From Methanobacteriota archaeon (lineage in GTDB: Archaea > Thermoplasmatota > Thermoplasmata > SG8-5 > JACRNV01): a stretch of 64,000 nucleotides of DNA. A program made the translations under genes and the position numbers. This document shows positions 36,549 to 46,174 of this stretch, one piece after another (position 1 is the stretch's first letter; every line of letters begins with the position of its first letter). The DNA lies in the NCBI GenBank assembly GCA_016214785.1, contig JACRNV010000028.1:3445-67444 (forward strand). Reading direction: 5' to 3'. The notes beneath the pieces were generated by a model. The model was given only the letters and a program-made list of their open reading frames with translations, searched no databases and was not told where the DNA came from.

Positions 36549-36682
36549 GGGGCGCCTCCCTTTCCGAGATGCTCGGCCGCGCGGTGTTTGATTAGCGCGT
36601 TGGCGAACGCCGCCACGGCCCAGACCTCCAGCAGTGCGTCCGGCGGCTCCCCGTGTGCGGCGATTGCCCGGACGACCTTCAC
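36545..36682 (-). CDS. Possible 45-aa ORF, (V)KVVRAIAAHGEPPDALLEVWAVAAFANALIKHRAAEHLGKGGAP. Its GTG start overlaps the flotillin stop (aaGTGAag) and its stop overlaps the Pcc1-like TTG start.
   Basis: It is the only frame open across the 134-nt gap between the flotillin and Pcc1-like genes. No homology is recognised. Confidence 0.2.
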   Translation of the reverse strand: MKVVRAIAAHGEPPDALLEVWAVAAFANALIKHRAAEHLGKGGAP

Positions 36683-38133
36683 TTCATCATCTCTTTTATC
36701 TTGAGCGCGAGCTCCTCGACGCTCAACCCTGTCAGGGCCTTCACCAGCGCAGGGCCCTGGGCCGCGATGTCCACGACGTTCCCTACCAGCTGGTTCGGGC
36801 CGTCCTTGCCCATGATTATTATCTTCTGCGTGTTCTGGAGCGGGGACGCCGCCTCCCTGACTATTTCTGGCAGCTTCTCGACGATGAGCTGGGTGACCGC
36901 GGCCTTTCCGTACTTCTCCCAAGCCTCGGCCTTCTTCTGCATCGCCTCTGCTTCCGCAAGCCCCTTGGCCAGGATGGCCGCGCCCTCCGCCTCTCCCTTC
37001 AGCTTGATGATGTCCGCCTCGGCCGTTCCCTCCTGCCTGATTTTCTCCGCCTGGCCCTTGGCGACGAGCATCAGCCTCTCCTGCTCGCCCTCCGCTACGA
37101 GTATGAGCCGCTGCCTCTCGGCTTCCGCCAGCGTGATTTCCTTGCGCTTGTTCCCTTCCGCCTCGGCAGCCACGGCCTGCGCCCTGGCCTTGGCGGGTAT
37201 GATCTGCTCCGCAGCCTGCTCCTGCTCCCTGCGGAGGACCTCCTTTTGCTGTATCTCGATCTGCTTCTCCTTCTCGCGTATCTCGATGGTCCTCTGCTCG
37301 ACGATCAGCTCCTGCTTCCTCTTGGCGTCCTGGAGCGAGAAGGATATCTCCTTGTTCGCGCGCTCGAGCTCCACCTCGGTCTCGGCCTTCTGGCGCGTGA
37401 TGTCCCTGTCCCTGTGGAAAACCGCCACCTGGGCCTCGGCGCTGGCGTTGGCCTGCTCCCCGTCCTGGGCGGCCTTCGCCTCGGCTATTGTCGCCTCCCT
37501 GTTCGCGGCGGCCTTGCCGATCCTGGCGTCCCTCTTGACCTCCTCGGTCCTCTTGATCCCCAGTGCGTCCAGGTATCCGTAGGCGTCCTCTATCTCCTTG
37601 ATGACGAAGGACCTGATCTCTATTCCCATGTTCTTGAGGTCGTTGCCCGCCATGTTCTGGATCTTAGTCGCTATCGAGTCCCGGTCGCTGTTGATCTCCT
37701 CTATGGTCAGCACGGCGCAGACGCCACGGACGTGCCCCTCCAGGGTCTTGAGGGCTATCTCGTTGATGGCGATGTCGGTCTTGTGCAGCAGGTTCTCCGC
37801 GGCGGTCCTGAGGATGGCGACGTCGTTCGCGATCTTGACCTGGGCGACCGACTTGATGTTGACCTTCGCCCCGCTCCTCTTGACGTCGGTGACGATGTCC
37901 TGGACGTGCATCTCAAGAGTGCGCACGTCGAGCGGGAGGAACTCGTACGACTGGACGACGGGCCAGATGAACTTGGCGCCCCCGGTTATAAGCTGGAACC
38001 CCCCCCTCCCGTACACGACCATCGCCTTGTCCGGCGGCACTTTCTTCAGGCGGCTGGCGTATATCACGAAAATCGACATTATCGCGGCCGCTATCACTAC
38101 CCCCATCAGCACTATCACTGGGTCCATTATCAT
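36679..38133 (-). CDS. Flotillin (SPFH / band-7 family, FloT/YuaG-like), 484 aa.
   Basis: An N-terminal TM helix is followed by an SPFH domain and a long EA-rich coiled-coil (AEAEGNKRKEITLAEAERQRL...). The ATG overlaps the NfeD stop (ATGA). Confidence 0.85.
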   Translation of the reverse strand: MIMDPVIVLMGVVIAAAIMSIFVIYASRLKKVPPDKAMVVYGRGGFQLITGGAKFIWPVVQSYEFLPLDVRTLEMHVQDIVTDVKRSGAKVNIKSVAQVKIANDVAILRTAAENLLHKTDIAINEIALKTLEGHVRGVCAVLTIEEINSDRDSIATKIQNMAGNDLKNMGIEIRSFVIKEIEDAYGYLDALGIKRTEEVKRDARIGKAAANREATIAEAKAAQDGEQANASAEAQVAVFHRDRDITRQKAETEVELERANKEISFSLQDAKRKQELIVEQRTIEIREKEKQIEIQQKEVLRREQEQAAEQIIPAKARAQAVAAEAEGNKRKEITLAEAERQRLILVAEGEQERLMLVAKGQAEKIRQEGTAEADIIKLKGEAEGAAILAKGLAEAEAMQKKAEAWEKYGKAAVTQLIVEKLPEIVREAASPLQNTQKIIIMGKDGPNQLVGNVVDIAAQGPALVKALTGLSVEELALKIKEMMK

Positions 38134-38705
38134 CCCTCCTTTTTCTTCTCTACCATCACGGCATCCCCGGCGATGCCTATGACCTTCACGGGCGTGTTGG
38201 ATTCGATGTCCTCGTTGGCGGTCGCGGGGATCGGCACGCGTCCGCGCTTCTCGGTGTTGACTACGACCTGCCCGGGCTCCTTGTTCCTTATGGCCACCGT
38301 GAGCAGGCCCTCGAGACCGACGAACTCATTGACGGAGATGTGGGTGCTCGCCTGGCTCTTGACCAGGAACACATACACCAGACCGTACATCCCTCCAGCG
38401 ACGATGATGCCGATGATTACCGCGGCAACGACGGTCCATATCTCGTCGAACAGTACCTCCGTCAGTATCGCACCGACAGCGCCGAAAGTCGCCCCGAACG
38501 CCAGCAGGATCGGCAGGCTCAGCGGGCTGAGATGCGAACCCGTATAGTCTCCGTGCCCGGCGTCGTAGTGCCCCATGTCCATATCGTGCCCTCCGACACC
38601 CGCGTCGTGGTCCAGGCCGAATCCCCCGAGCGAGGCCATGACGACGAGCAGGATGACGCACACGATAGCTATTACCAGGTATACGCTGATCATCATTTCG
38701 TTCAA
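38130..38705 (-). CDS. NfeD-like membrane protein (flotillin-associated), with TM helices and a C-terminal OB-fold domain. The start is either a TTG at 38705 (GAGGTGA 5 nt upstream) or the ATG at 38696.
   Basis: It has a His/Asp/Gly-rich loop and TM segments, with a C-terminal VVNTEKRGRVPIPATANEDIESNTPVKVIGIAGDAVMV beta-rich domain. It is in the conserved NfeD-flotillin order. Confidence 0.7.
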   Translation of the reverse strand: MNEMMISVYLVIAIVCVILLVVMASLGGFGLDHDAGVGGHDMDMGHYDAGHGDYTGSHLSPLSLPILLAFGATFGAVGAILTEVLFDEIWTVVAAVIIGIIVAGGMYGLVYVFLVKSQASTHISVNEFVGLEGLLTVAIRNKEPGQVVVNTEKRGRVPIPATANEDIESNTPVKVIGIAGDAVMVEKKKEG

Positions 38706-38710
38706 CTATC

Positions 38711-39382
38711 TCACCTCTTGCTCCAGTAGTCTCTCTCTTCCTCCACTATCTTTAGTGGCGGCTCCTTCTTTTTCTCCGGCGTGCCGATTGTACGGTACCC
38801 GACCCCCTCGCCTCTGTAACTGACGGGGGGCTGGGCGTGTTTCCAGGCGTTCCCGCGAGCATGCGCCGAAATGGGGCTGCCGCATTGAGGACAGTAATCG
38901 CTATCGCTGGCCACCTTGAGGTCGCAGCCGGGACAGAAAACAACGCCCATTGCCGGTGGTGGCGGCGGGGGCGGCGCGCTGGAGCTGAAAAGGGTCCCGC
39001 ACTTGCCGCATTGGCGAGCGCCGACTGGGAGAGACGCGTTGCAGCGCACGCAAGCGAAATACCTCGCCTTTTGCGCGGATTTTACCACATTGGGCGATCG
39101 AGGCGGAGGCACCCGGGCGGCATCTTCGATCACGAATAGCGTTCCACACTGGTCGCAGCTTTTTGCATCTGGAAGCACGGCCACGCTGCAAACCGGGCAT
39201 ACGTAACCGCGGAATGTAACGCCGCGCTTCCCGAAAGGCACGCCTCTCCTGAAATCAAAGTTGAGGGGGCGATTCGTGCTGAAGGCGAGTTCCCTTCTGA
39301 AATCGAAATCCAATGGCCTCGAGGTTTGGAAAGTAAGGCTGCGCCGTGTCTTGAAGCTTAGGTAAATCGCGCTGTCGTCCAT
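38711..39382 (-). CDS. Triple zinc-ribbon protein of 223 aa with two N-terminal 16-aa tandem repeats. It is the first gene of the NfeD-flotillin chain.
   Basis: There are three CPxC...CxxCG ribbons (CPVCS...CDQCG; CVRCN...CGKCG; CPGCD...CPQCG), a PPPPPPP linker, and repeats SLTFQTSRPLDFDFRR / ELAFSTNRPLNFDFRR. Confidence 0.55.
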   Translation of the reverse strand: MDDSAIYLSFKTRRSLTFQTSRPLDFDFRRELAFSTNRPLNFDFRRGVPFGKRGVTFRGYVCPVCSVAVLPDAKSCDQCGTLFVIEDAARVPPPRSPNVVKSAQKARYFACVRCNASLPVGARQCGKCGTLFSSSAPPPPPPPAMGVVFCPGCDLKVASDSDYCPQCGSPISAHARGNAWKHAQPPVSYRGEGVGYRTIGTPEKKKEPPLKIVEEERDYWSKR

Positions 39383-39691
39383 TTGGAACCCCCTGCGGTG
39401 TGTGATTTACGTTCATGATTTTAATAGTATCTATGGAGTACCATGGGAATACCCAATCATCACCAACCCGACTCCCCGGACACGGACCGCCTACGCACGT
39501 TTGTGACAGGCCTATCCGGGATGTATTGCTGAATGATTATCGACTCCCGGACATCGATGCAAGAGATGGGAATCGTTTGCTAGAAATATATATTGAGGGA
39601 GACGCAAACGAGGACACGGACCCCTTGGTTAGTTATCCAGTTGGCTAGCGGTGGATGGTCCTATCCGGGAGTCTCGTAAATAATGGGAATA

Positions 39692-39804
39692 TGGTCCCGA
39701 CTCCCGGATTTGAACCGGGGGCCTGCTGATTTCAGCGACCGAGCCGGCCTGCGCCGGTTCTCATACTACAGTCAGCCGCTCCAGCCAGTCTGAGCTAAGT
39801 CGGG
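39692..39804 (-). tRNA. tRNA-Tyr (anticodon GTA) with a 35-nt intron at the canonical 37/38 position and a genomically encoded CCA end.
   Basis: Hand-folded, the acceptor stem is cccgact/agtcggg (7 bp), the D-stem gctc/gagc, the anticodon stem gctga/tcagc with loop ctGTAgt, the T-arm cccgg-ttcaaat-ccggg, the discriminator a, then cca. The intron is tatgagaaccggcgcaggccggctcggtcgctgaa. Confidence 0.7.
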
Positions 39805-39846
39805 GCTATGACCAAAAACAGGCTCCCTGTATTAAATGTTTGCCGA

Positions 39847-40419
39847 CTAAAGCGCCCTTTCGTTCTTCTTCCCCCTGGCTTTCAAATGGTATGCCAGCTC
39901 CAGCCTGACCTCGCACCTACCGACGTCGTCGTTGCGGTAGTTCGTCGCGTCCATGCCGGCTAGCTCGAAGCCCTGGCTGAGGTAGAAAGCGATGGCGCCG
40001 GCGTTCGAGGTCTGGGTCTCGAGCACGATCCTCCGCGCACCCTTTCCCATCGCCAATTCCTTGCACTTGTCCATGAGGGCCGCTCCCACGCCCTTCCTTT
40101 GGAATTTAGGCCAGACCGCGAAGTCCCAGACGCGCAGGCTGTTGTTCCACTCCTGCAGCTCCACTTGCATCAAACCAGCTTCCTTCACTCCGAAGAATGC
40201 CGCGAAAATTTGAGAACGCCCCTTGTAATCGCTCAGAAGAGGCTCCGCATCGCGCTTCCTGAAAGGCCTTGCGAACGGCGTTTTCACGAGGGAAATGGCC
40301 CATCCGTTCGCTCTTTTCTTTACGCTCGCCTTGTAATGACTGTCGGAAACGTACTCAAAGGGAATCTTCCTCCTCCTTAAGCGTCGTTTGGAAAGCTGCC
40401 TTATCTCTATCTCTTGCAT
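39847..40419 (-). CDS. GNAT-family N-acetyltransferase, 190 aa.
   Basis: The acetyl-CoA binding motif is VWPKFQRKGVGAALMDKCKELA (Q/RxxGxG/A) and the GNAT core is present. Confidence 0.7.
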   Translation of the reverse strand: MQEIEIRQLSKRRLRRRKIPFEYVSDSHYKASVKKRANGWAISLVKTPFARPFRKRDAEPLLSDYKGRSQIFAAFFGVKEAGLMQVELQEWNNSLRVWDFAVWPKFQRKGVGAALMDKCKELAMGKGARRIVLETQTSNAGAIAFYLSQGFELAGMDATNYRNDDVGRCEVRLELAYHLKARGKKNERAL

Positions 40420-40467
40420 TGCGGGGAGAATGCGATGGATGACATATCTGCCTTTTGGTCTCGGTAT

Positions 40468-40938
40468 TCAAAGCTCCTTTGCCTGGACATGCGTCCCGTT
40501 GGAGCCGCTGATGCATTCCATCTGTACCTGGTGCTTCCCCGCGCTCAGGTAGAGGGCAGTTCCTGTTGGTGTCGTAATCTGCACGAAGGTATTGCCCGAC
40601 GTCATGCGCTGCTCGGCGCCGCCGACCATCCTGTACCTGACCGAAGAGGCATCGAGCGTGCCCAACGCCCCGCCAATGGCGAAATATTCGACGTGGCCGA
40701 GGACGCCGTTCGGGATGTCAATGGTCAGCGTGTCGGAGTTGCCAGGCCCGCCGGCGTAGAGGAGCGCGGCCAGGCTCATCGCGCGGCTTGCCTCGGTCCT
40801 GGCCGCGGAATCGACGCGGCTCTTGTCGTAGTTGTCGAATCCTGCGTAGGCAATTGGCAGAGAGATGCCCAGGATGACGGCGACAATCAGCAGTTGGAGC
40901 GGCAGGCCCTCGAGCCCTCTCCCGTCCCAGCGCCTCAT
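40468..40938 (-). CDS. Archaeal type-IV-pilin-like / FlaF-FlaG-like protein with an N-terminal class-III signal-peptide-like hydrophobic segment, 156 aa.
   Basis: The N-terminus is MRRWDGRGLEGLPLQLLIVAVILGISLPIAYAGF and the remainder is beta-rich. It is a tandem paralog of the next gene. Confidence 0.45.
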   Translation of the reverse strand: MRRWDGRGLEGLPLQLLIVAVILGISLPIAYAGFDNYDKSRVDSAARTEASRAMSLAALLYAGGPGNSDTLTIDIPNGVLGHVEYFAIGGALGTLDASSVRYRMVGGAEQRMTSGNTFVQITTPTGTALYLSAGKHQVQMECISGSNGTHVQAKEL

Positions 40939-40940
40939 GA

Positions 40941-41360
40941 CTACGGCGTGACCGTCACCTGGGCGGTCTTCTGGATGAGTATCGTGCCGGTGTAGGACGC
41001 GGTCACGTATATCGTAGCCGAAGATTGCCCCGATGGAATGGACGGACTTACCGTGAACGTGGCAGTGCCGGTGCTATCCGTCGTCTTGGCTTGAGTCACG
41101 ATGCCGGCGCCTTCTATCGTCACGCTCACGCCGGAGAGCAGGTTGCTCTTCGAGTCCCATGCCTTGATGGTTATCTGCCGGTTCGAGCCCGCCTGCACCG
41201 AGGCAGGCGCTTCGATCGAGTTCAGGTCCACCTTGGCCTTCCAAGGCTGCATCCAGGCAACCAGGATTGTGATGGCTATGCCCGCTATCACTATCATGAT
41301 GATCAGCTGCAGAGGCAATCCCTCAATCGCACCTTTCGCGTCCCATTTTCTCTTTATCAT
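40941..41360 (-). CDS. Archaeal type-IV-pilin-like / FlaF-FlaG-like protein, 139 aa, paralogous to the gene above.
   Basis: The N-terminus is MIKRKWDAKGAIEGLPLQLIIMIVIAGIAITILVAW, followed by a T/S-rich beta domain. Confidence 0.45.
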   Translation of the reverse strand: MIKRKWDAKGAIEGLPLQLIIMIVIAGIAITILVAWMQPWKAKVDLNSIEAPASVQAGSNRQITIKAWDSKSNLLSGVSVTIEGAGIVTQAKTTDSTGTATFTVSPSIPSGQSSATIYVTASYTGTILIQKTAQVTVTP

Positions 41361-41490
41361 GGTATGTTCCCCCTGGTCATTATCGCAGGGAAAATAAATT
41401 CAGGGTATAAATAACATTATGTTCAGGCCTGTACACCGCGCCCCTGTCGGCATATTTTAATAGCCCGCCAATCTATGACGCGCAGAGTCT

Positions 41491-43245
41491 ATGCCGATAC
41501 GTCAGCCGATAGTGAGCGTCCTCGGTCATGTCGACCACGGGAAGACCACCCTCCTGGACACCATCAGGGGCACTACCGTCGCTTCCAGGGAGGCAGGGGC
41601 AATCACGCAGCACATCGGCGCGACCGAGGTCCCTTTGAAGGTCATCAACTCCATCTGCGGCGAGATGACTGGCGGAAAGAAGTTCTCCGTGCCCGGGCTC
41701 CTGTTCATCGACACGCCGGGCCACCAGTCGTTCAGGGAGATGCGCAGGCGCGGCGGCACCCTCGCGGACATCGCCGTCCTGGTCATAGACATCAACGAGG
41801 GGCTCAAGCCGCAGACGCAGGAGTCGATATCGATCCTCAGGCGCTGCGGCACGCCGTTCATCGTCGCGCTAAACAAGATTGACCTCATCCCTGGCTGGAG
41901 GCGCGGGGAGGGGGTCGGGCCGCTGTCGAAGTCGTTGGAACGGCAGACCGAGGCCATGCGCGGGCAGCTCGACGAGAGGATATACAAGATAATCGGGAAG
42001 CTCCACGACCTCGGCGTACAGGCTGACAAGTACACGCAGATAACCGACTTCAAGGCGATGAACGCCATGGTGCCGGTCGTCGCGCGCACGGGCGAGGGCA
42101 TACCGGACCTTCTTCTGGTGCTGATTGGAATCGCCCAGCGCTTCATGGAGGAGTCGCTGACCATCGAGGAGGAAGGCCCCGGCGAGGGCACCATCCTCGA
42201 AGTCAAGGAGGAGAAGGGGCTCGGCCCCACGCTCGACGTCATCCTCTACAAGGGCGTCCTGAGGCTCGGCGACACCATAGCCGTGGGCACGGCCAGCGAG
42301 CCGAAGATAACCAAGGTCCGCGCCATCCTGAAGCCCAAGCCGCTCGACGAGATTCGCGACCCGAAGGAGAGGTTCGACCCCCGCAGCGAGATAAGCGCCG
42401 CCGCGGGGATAAAGGTCGTCGGCCAGGACGTCACGGGAGCGATAGCGGGCGGCCCCATCAGGGTCATGTCCGGCGACCTCGCGAAGATTATGAAGGAGAT
42501 GGAGAACGAGGCGAAGGTCTCCATCAAGACCACCGAGGGCGGCATAATCATCAAGGCCGACGCGCTCGGCTCGCTGGAGGCGATTTGCTTCGAGGCCGAG
42601 AACGCTGGCATCAAGATATCCAAGGCCGAGGTCGGCGACGTCTCCAGGCGCGACATCGTGGGCGCGGGGACGTGCGGCGACGCGATGAACCACGTCATCC
42701 TGGGGTTCAACGTCCAGGTCCTGCCGGACGCGAAGGAGGAGATGCTGAGCTGCGACGTCCAGATAATCACCGGGGACATCATCTACAGGCTCATCCAGGA
42801 CTACCAGGCGTGGCTGGGGAAGGCGAAGAGGGTCAAGGACGCCGACCTGCGCGAGGAGATAGTCCACCCCGGGAAGGTGCTGCTCCTGCCTGATTGCGTC
42901 TTCCGCGTCAGCAAGCCAGCCATAGTCGGCGTGCGCGTCCTCGCCGGGAGGGTGAGGCCCGGCCAGAAGCTAATCAAGAGCGATGGCAAGGAAGGGGGGA
43001 AGATAAAGTCCATCCGCAGCGGCGAGAACACCATCAAGGAGGCGCTACAGGGGGCGGAGGTCGCGCTCGCGCTCGAGGGGCCGACGGTCGGGCGCCAGAT
43101 AAACGTCGGCGACGTCATGTACGTGGACATGCCCGAGGAGCACGCCAGGCGCCTGCAGACCGCGGCGCTGAACGTCGACGAGAAGGACGCGCTCGCATCG
43201 CTGTACAAAATCAAGGAGAAGGAGAAGAGGTACTGGGGCAGGTAG
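41491..43245 (+). CDS. infB: Translation initiation factor aIF5B (archaeal IF2), 584 aa.
   Basis: The GTPase motifs are [17 protein letters not shown] and NKID, with domain II-IV conservation. A TATA-like atattttaata lies about 33 nt upstream. Confidence 0.9.
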   Translation: MPIRQPIVSVLGHVDHGKTTLLDTIRGTTVASREAGAITQHIGATEVPLKVINSICGEMTGGKKFSVPGLLFIDTPGHQSFREMRRRGGTLADIAVLVIDINEGLKPQTQESISILRRCGTPFIVALNKIDLIPGWRRGEGVGPLSKSLERQTEAMRGQLDERIYKIIGKLHDLGVQADKYTQITDFKAMNAMVPVVARTGEGIPDLLLVLIGIAQRFMEESLTIEEEGPGEGTILEVKEEKGLGPTLDVILYKGVLRLGDTIAVGTASEPKITKVRAILKPKPLDEIRDPKERFDPRSEISAAAGIKVVGQDVTGAIAGGPIRVMSGDLAKIMKEMENEAKVSIKTTEGGIIIKADALGSLEAICFEAENAGIKISKAEVGDVSRRDIVGAGTCGDAMNHVILGFNVQVLPDAKEEMLSCDVQIITGDIIYRLIQDYQAWLGKAKRVKDADLREEIVHPGKVLLLPDCVFRVSKPAIVGVRVLAGRVRPGQKLIKSDGKEGGKIKSIRSGENTIKEALQGAEVALALEGPTVGRQINVGDVMYVDMPEEHARRLQTAALNVDEKDALASLYKIKEKEKRYWGR

Positions 43246-43249
43246 GCGT

Positions 43250-46174
43250 TCAATAATTGTACGCGAGCCAGGTCGTCTTCGAACTAACATATAACCAATA
43301 CGCCTGGCCGGGCTGCATGATGTCCGTTCCGGAGAGGACGATGGTCCTGTATGTTTGCGACGGGTCGAACCCTTCGATGAGAGAGCAGGCTGGGCCGATG
43401 AGTCCCATCACGTCCGAGGCGAGCATACCGGTCGCATAGGGCATCGCTACGAGGTTCCAGCCCGACTCCAGCTCGGTCGTGCTGTTCGCTATCCTCCCCA
43501 CTGCCACGTAAATTTCCCCGATGGCAGAGCGCACCCACAGCCCCTGCCGCGCCTCGACGAAGGTCAAGTCGTCCAGGAAGTCTTCGCGACCCGTGTAGTT
43601 AGTCTTCCAGTAGTTGGCAGGTTCGTGCGCGTCGTATGCCATCACATATTCCCAATAGACGGTAGCCAGATGCTCGGTAATCAGCGCGCCCGAGCCGAAC
43701 GGGCTCCCCAGCAATGCCCAGTCGGAAACGAAGCCGTAACCGACCTTCCCAAGGATATCCCAGCTCTCGGACACGTGCCCGACTCTGTCCACAGAGGATA
43801 CCCGTGCATAAAATGAGGACGAGTTCCCATCCCCCGAATTCGGCAGGGCGAAAGCATTGCCGCTGGCAAAGACCAGCTCTCCAGAGGCTCCCTTTATAGC
43901 TTGGAGAGACTGGCTGAAACGCACTCTATACTGAGGGACATCGGTGGATGTGGAATCGTCAAACTCTAATATCAATGCCGTCTTGGGCGACGTGGCATTC
44001 TGGGTAGCGAGGAAAATCCTTCTTTTTTGGGGCTCGAGATAGTCTTGCCCTGAGTAATATACATATGTTGTGCCATTCACGATAATCGCACCAGGCGACT
44101 CTATTCTGCCAGAATCTAGCTCTCCAATGGGTGCAGAGTTCACGCACAGCCCTTTTTTAATCCAATCAATACCGTTGGAGGATGACGCGTATAATACGTA
44201 GTCGGTGCTTCCATTGTGCCCCGTGTACCACATTCGGTATTGTGCGCCGGAGTGAAGCACCACTGGAGCAGAAGCTCCAAGGCGATCGAAATCGTTGAAG
44301 GCGCCAACGTCCAAAGCGACTCGGTTTTTAACCCACGTAAGGCCATCAGAAGACTCTGCATACAGGATGCGCTGCGCAATGCCGTCCCATCCAGTATACC
44401 ACATCTTGTATGTTGTTCCATCTAGGATGACAGAAGGAGAGTATGCCCTCATGGAATCGCAATCGCTGCTATTCCCGATGTCGAGCACGACCCCGTGCTT
44501 GTTCCAGCTCAGGCCATCTGAGGAATTGGCATACATGATTCGCCAGGTCGTTTCGTTCGAGCCCGAGTACCACATCTGATATTCCGCGTTCCACAATACC
44601 GAACACCAGGCGACATGCACCCCATCCGGTGTGTCCGGTTCGCCGATGTCCAAAACGACGCCATATTTTGTCCAGGTAAGGCCATCAGTGGAATTGGCAT
44701 AATGGATCCGGTATTGGTATGAGCCGTCCGCCCCCGAGTACCACATCTTGAACTCGCTGTCCTGATTGAGGACGGAAGGTCGCTCTGCGTGTAAAAGGTC
44801 CGAGTTGTCAGGGCCCCTATCTACAACCATCCCGAGCTTGTCTGCAAGGACTGCTTCGAGGCGTATCGTTAGGTTTTCCGGCGGTGCCGGCGGCACTCCA
44901 TCGACCGCGAACGTCCAGTTATAGATCCAAGCTCGGCGAAAGATGGCGTCAGCCAGATCAGTAACCCAAACACTGCACCTGACGCTGGCGCCGTTCATGA
45001 ACGCTCCTTGGTGCCAATATGAAACATTGTAACCGAGGGGTATTCTGGTCAAGTTAGGAATGACCCTGTATCCCTTCACATAAAGCCGGATGGACGAGGC
45101 ATCGATGTCCGAGGCGTCGGAGACACAGACCGAAATTACCGGGGTCTGGTTCCCCCAACCACCCGGTTCCGGGAACATAGAATAATGAGAAGGGCGGGAA
45201 TCATCTATACGGGCCATTCCCGCCATCTCGCAGAGGGTCGCCACGGCCATCTGCGTATTGTTCGCTGCGTAAGTCATGTTGAGTTTGTCGATGGTATCTT
45301 GTGGCGTGTGGTAGTCGTCGTTGAAATTCTGGTTGAATACTTCAATCAACATCACTCCGTCGTATCCAACGGCCCAGAACGAGGCGTGGTCGCTGTATGG
45401 AAATCCTACTATTTCCTGACCTTGAATCCCGATGATGTCCGAATATTTCTTGCAGATGTTTGAAGTGTTGTTCGCCAACCAAACAGATTCACTATTGGTA
45501 CAGATAGACGTTGTATTGAATGTGGGGTCAGGATTGTGGCCGATCATGTCGAGATTGAAAACCCCGGCGATATCTGCCCCCTCGTTCAGCATCTTTTCAG
45601 CATATGGCTGGCTCCCCCTCATCATCAGCTCCTCTCCCCCCCAGGCAATGAATCGGATGGTATCGTTGAACCTGTAATCGCTCAATATCTCGGCCGCGGC
45701 AAGGACTCCGGCAACTCCGCTGGCATCGTCGTCTGCCCCGGGAGCCGCCCAGTACCTTGATGATGAGGAATAAGAGTCATAATGCGCGCATATAATCCAT
45801 ATTTGCGTCGAATTGGGGTCTGTTCCAGGCAATTCGCCTATCACGTTCCGGATGATGTGGTCGTTGTACAAGTTGTCGTCATAGGTTACATTGAGTTCGA
45901 AGCGTTCCATCACGCTTCCGATCCATCCAGCCGCTTCAATCGAATAATGCGTATATGCATATCTTGTGTCAAAGTCCTGCAAAGGCTGGATGAAACTGGC
46001 CATCAACCCCTCGTCAATCTGCCGGAGTATCGAACGGATTTCGGAATCCTGATCTATTGACGTGGCCAATGAAATGTCGTCACTTCCACCATCCTTGGAA
46101 TGTCCTTGAGTGAACCCCAATGTGACGGTCGAGGTAATGAGTGCGAAGGTCAGCAACATGACCAATGTCTTCAT
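43250..46174 (-). CDS. Secreted multidomain protein of 974 aa: an M28-family zinc aminopeptidase domain followed by repeated beta-propeller blades (GH43/GH32-like 'MWYSG...DG..W.K.G' repeats) and a C-terminal domain. Its GC content is lower than that of neighbouring genes.
   Basis: M28 motifs are ICAHYDS, GADDDASGVA and WGGEEL. The repeats are KMWYSGADGSYQYRIHYANSTDGLTWTKYGVVLD, YQMWYSGSNETTWRIMYANSSDGLSWNKHGVVLD and YKMWYTGWDGIAQRILYAESSDGLTWVKNRVALD. Confidence 0.6.
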   Translation of the reverse strand: MKTLVMLLTFALITSTVTLGFTQGHSKDGGSDDISLATSIDQDSEIRSILRQIDEGLMASFIQPLQDFDTRYAYTHYSIEAAGWIGSVMERFELNVTYDDNLYNDHIIRNVIGELPGTDPNSTQIWIICAHYDSYSSSSRYWAAPGADDDASGVAGVLAAAEILSDYRFNDTIRFIAWGGEELMMRGSQPYAEKMLNEGADIAGVFNLDMIGHNPDPTFNTTSICTNSESVWLANNTSNICKKYSDIIGIQGQEIVGFPYSDHASFWAVGYDGVMLIEVFNQNFNDDYHTPQDTIDKLNMTYAANNTQMAVATLCEMAGMARIDDSRPSHYSMFPEPGGWGNQTPVISVCVSDASDIDASSIRLYVKGYRVIPNLTRIPLGYNVSYWHQGAFMNGASVRCSVWVTDLADAIFRRAWIYNWTFAVDGVPPAPPENLTIRLEAVLADKLGMVVDRGPDNSDLLHAERPSVLNQDSEFKMWYSGADGSYQYRIHYANSTDGLTWTKYGVVLDIGEPDTPDGVHVAWCSVLWNAEYQMWYSGSNETTWRIMYANSSDGLSWNKHGVVLDIGNSSDCDSMRAYSPSVILDGTTYKMWYTGWDGIAQRILYAESSDGLTWVKNRVALDVGAFNDFDRLGASAPVVLHSGAQYRMWYTGHNGSTDYVLYASSSNGIDWIKKGLCVNSAPIGELDSGRIESPGAIIVNGTTYVYYSGQDYLEPQKRRIFLATQNATSPKTALILEFDDSTSTDVPQYRVRFSQSLQAIKGASGELVFASGNAFALPNSGDGNSSSFYARVSSVDRVGHVSESWDILGKVGYGFVSDWALLGSPFGSGALITEHLATVYWEYVMAYDAHEPANYWKTNYTGREDFLDDLTFVEARQGLWVRSAIGEIYVAVGRIANSTTELESGWNLVAMPYATGMLASDVMGLIGPACSLIEGFDPSQTYRTIVLSGTDIMQPGQAYWLYVSSKTTWLAYNY

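Noticed and set aside
39415-39648. 77-aa ORF between the zinc-ribbon gene and the tRNA.
   Set aside because: It lies within the tRNA-flanking inverted-repeat region. It has no RBS or TATA, and its composition is non-protein-like.
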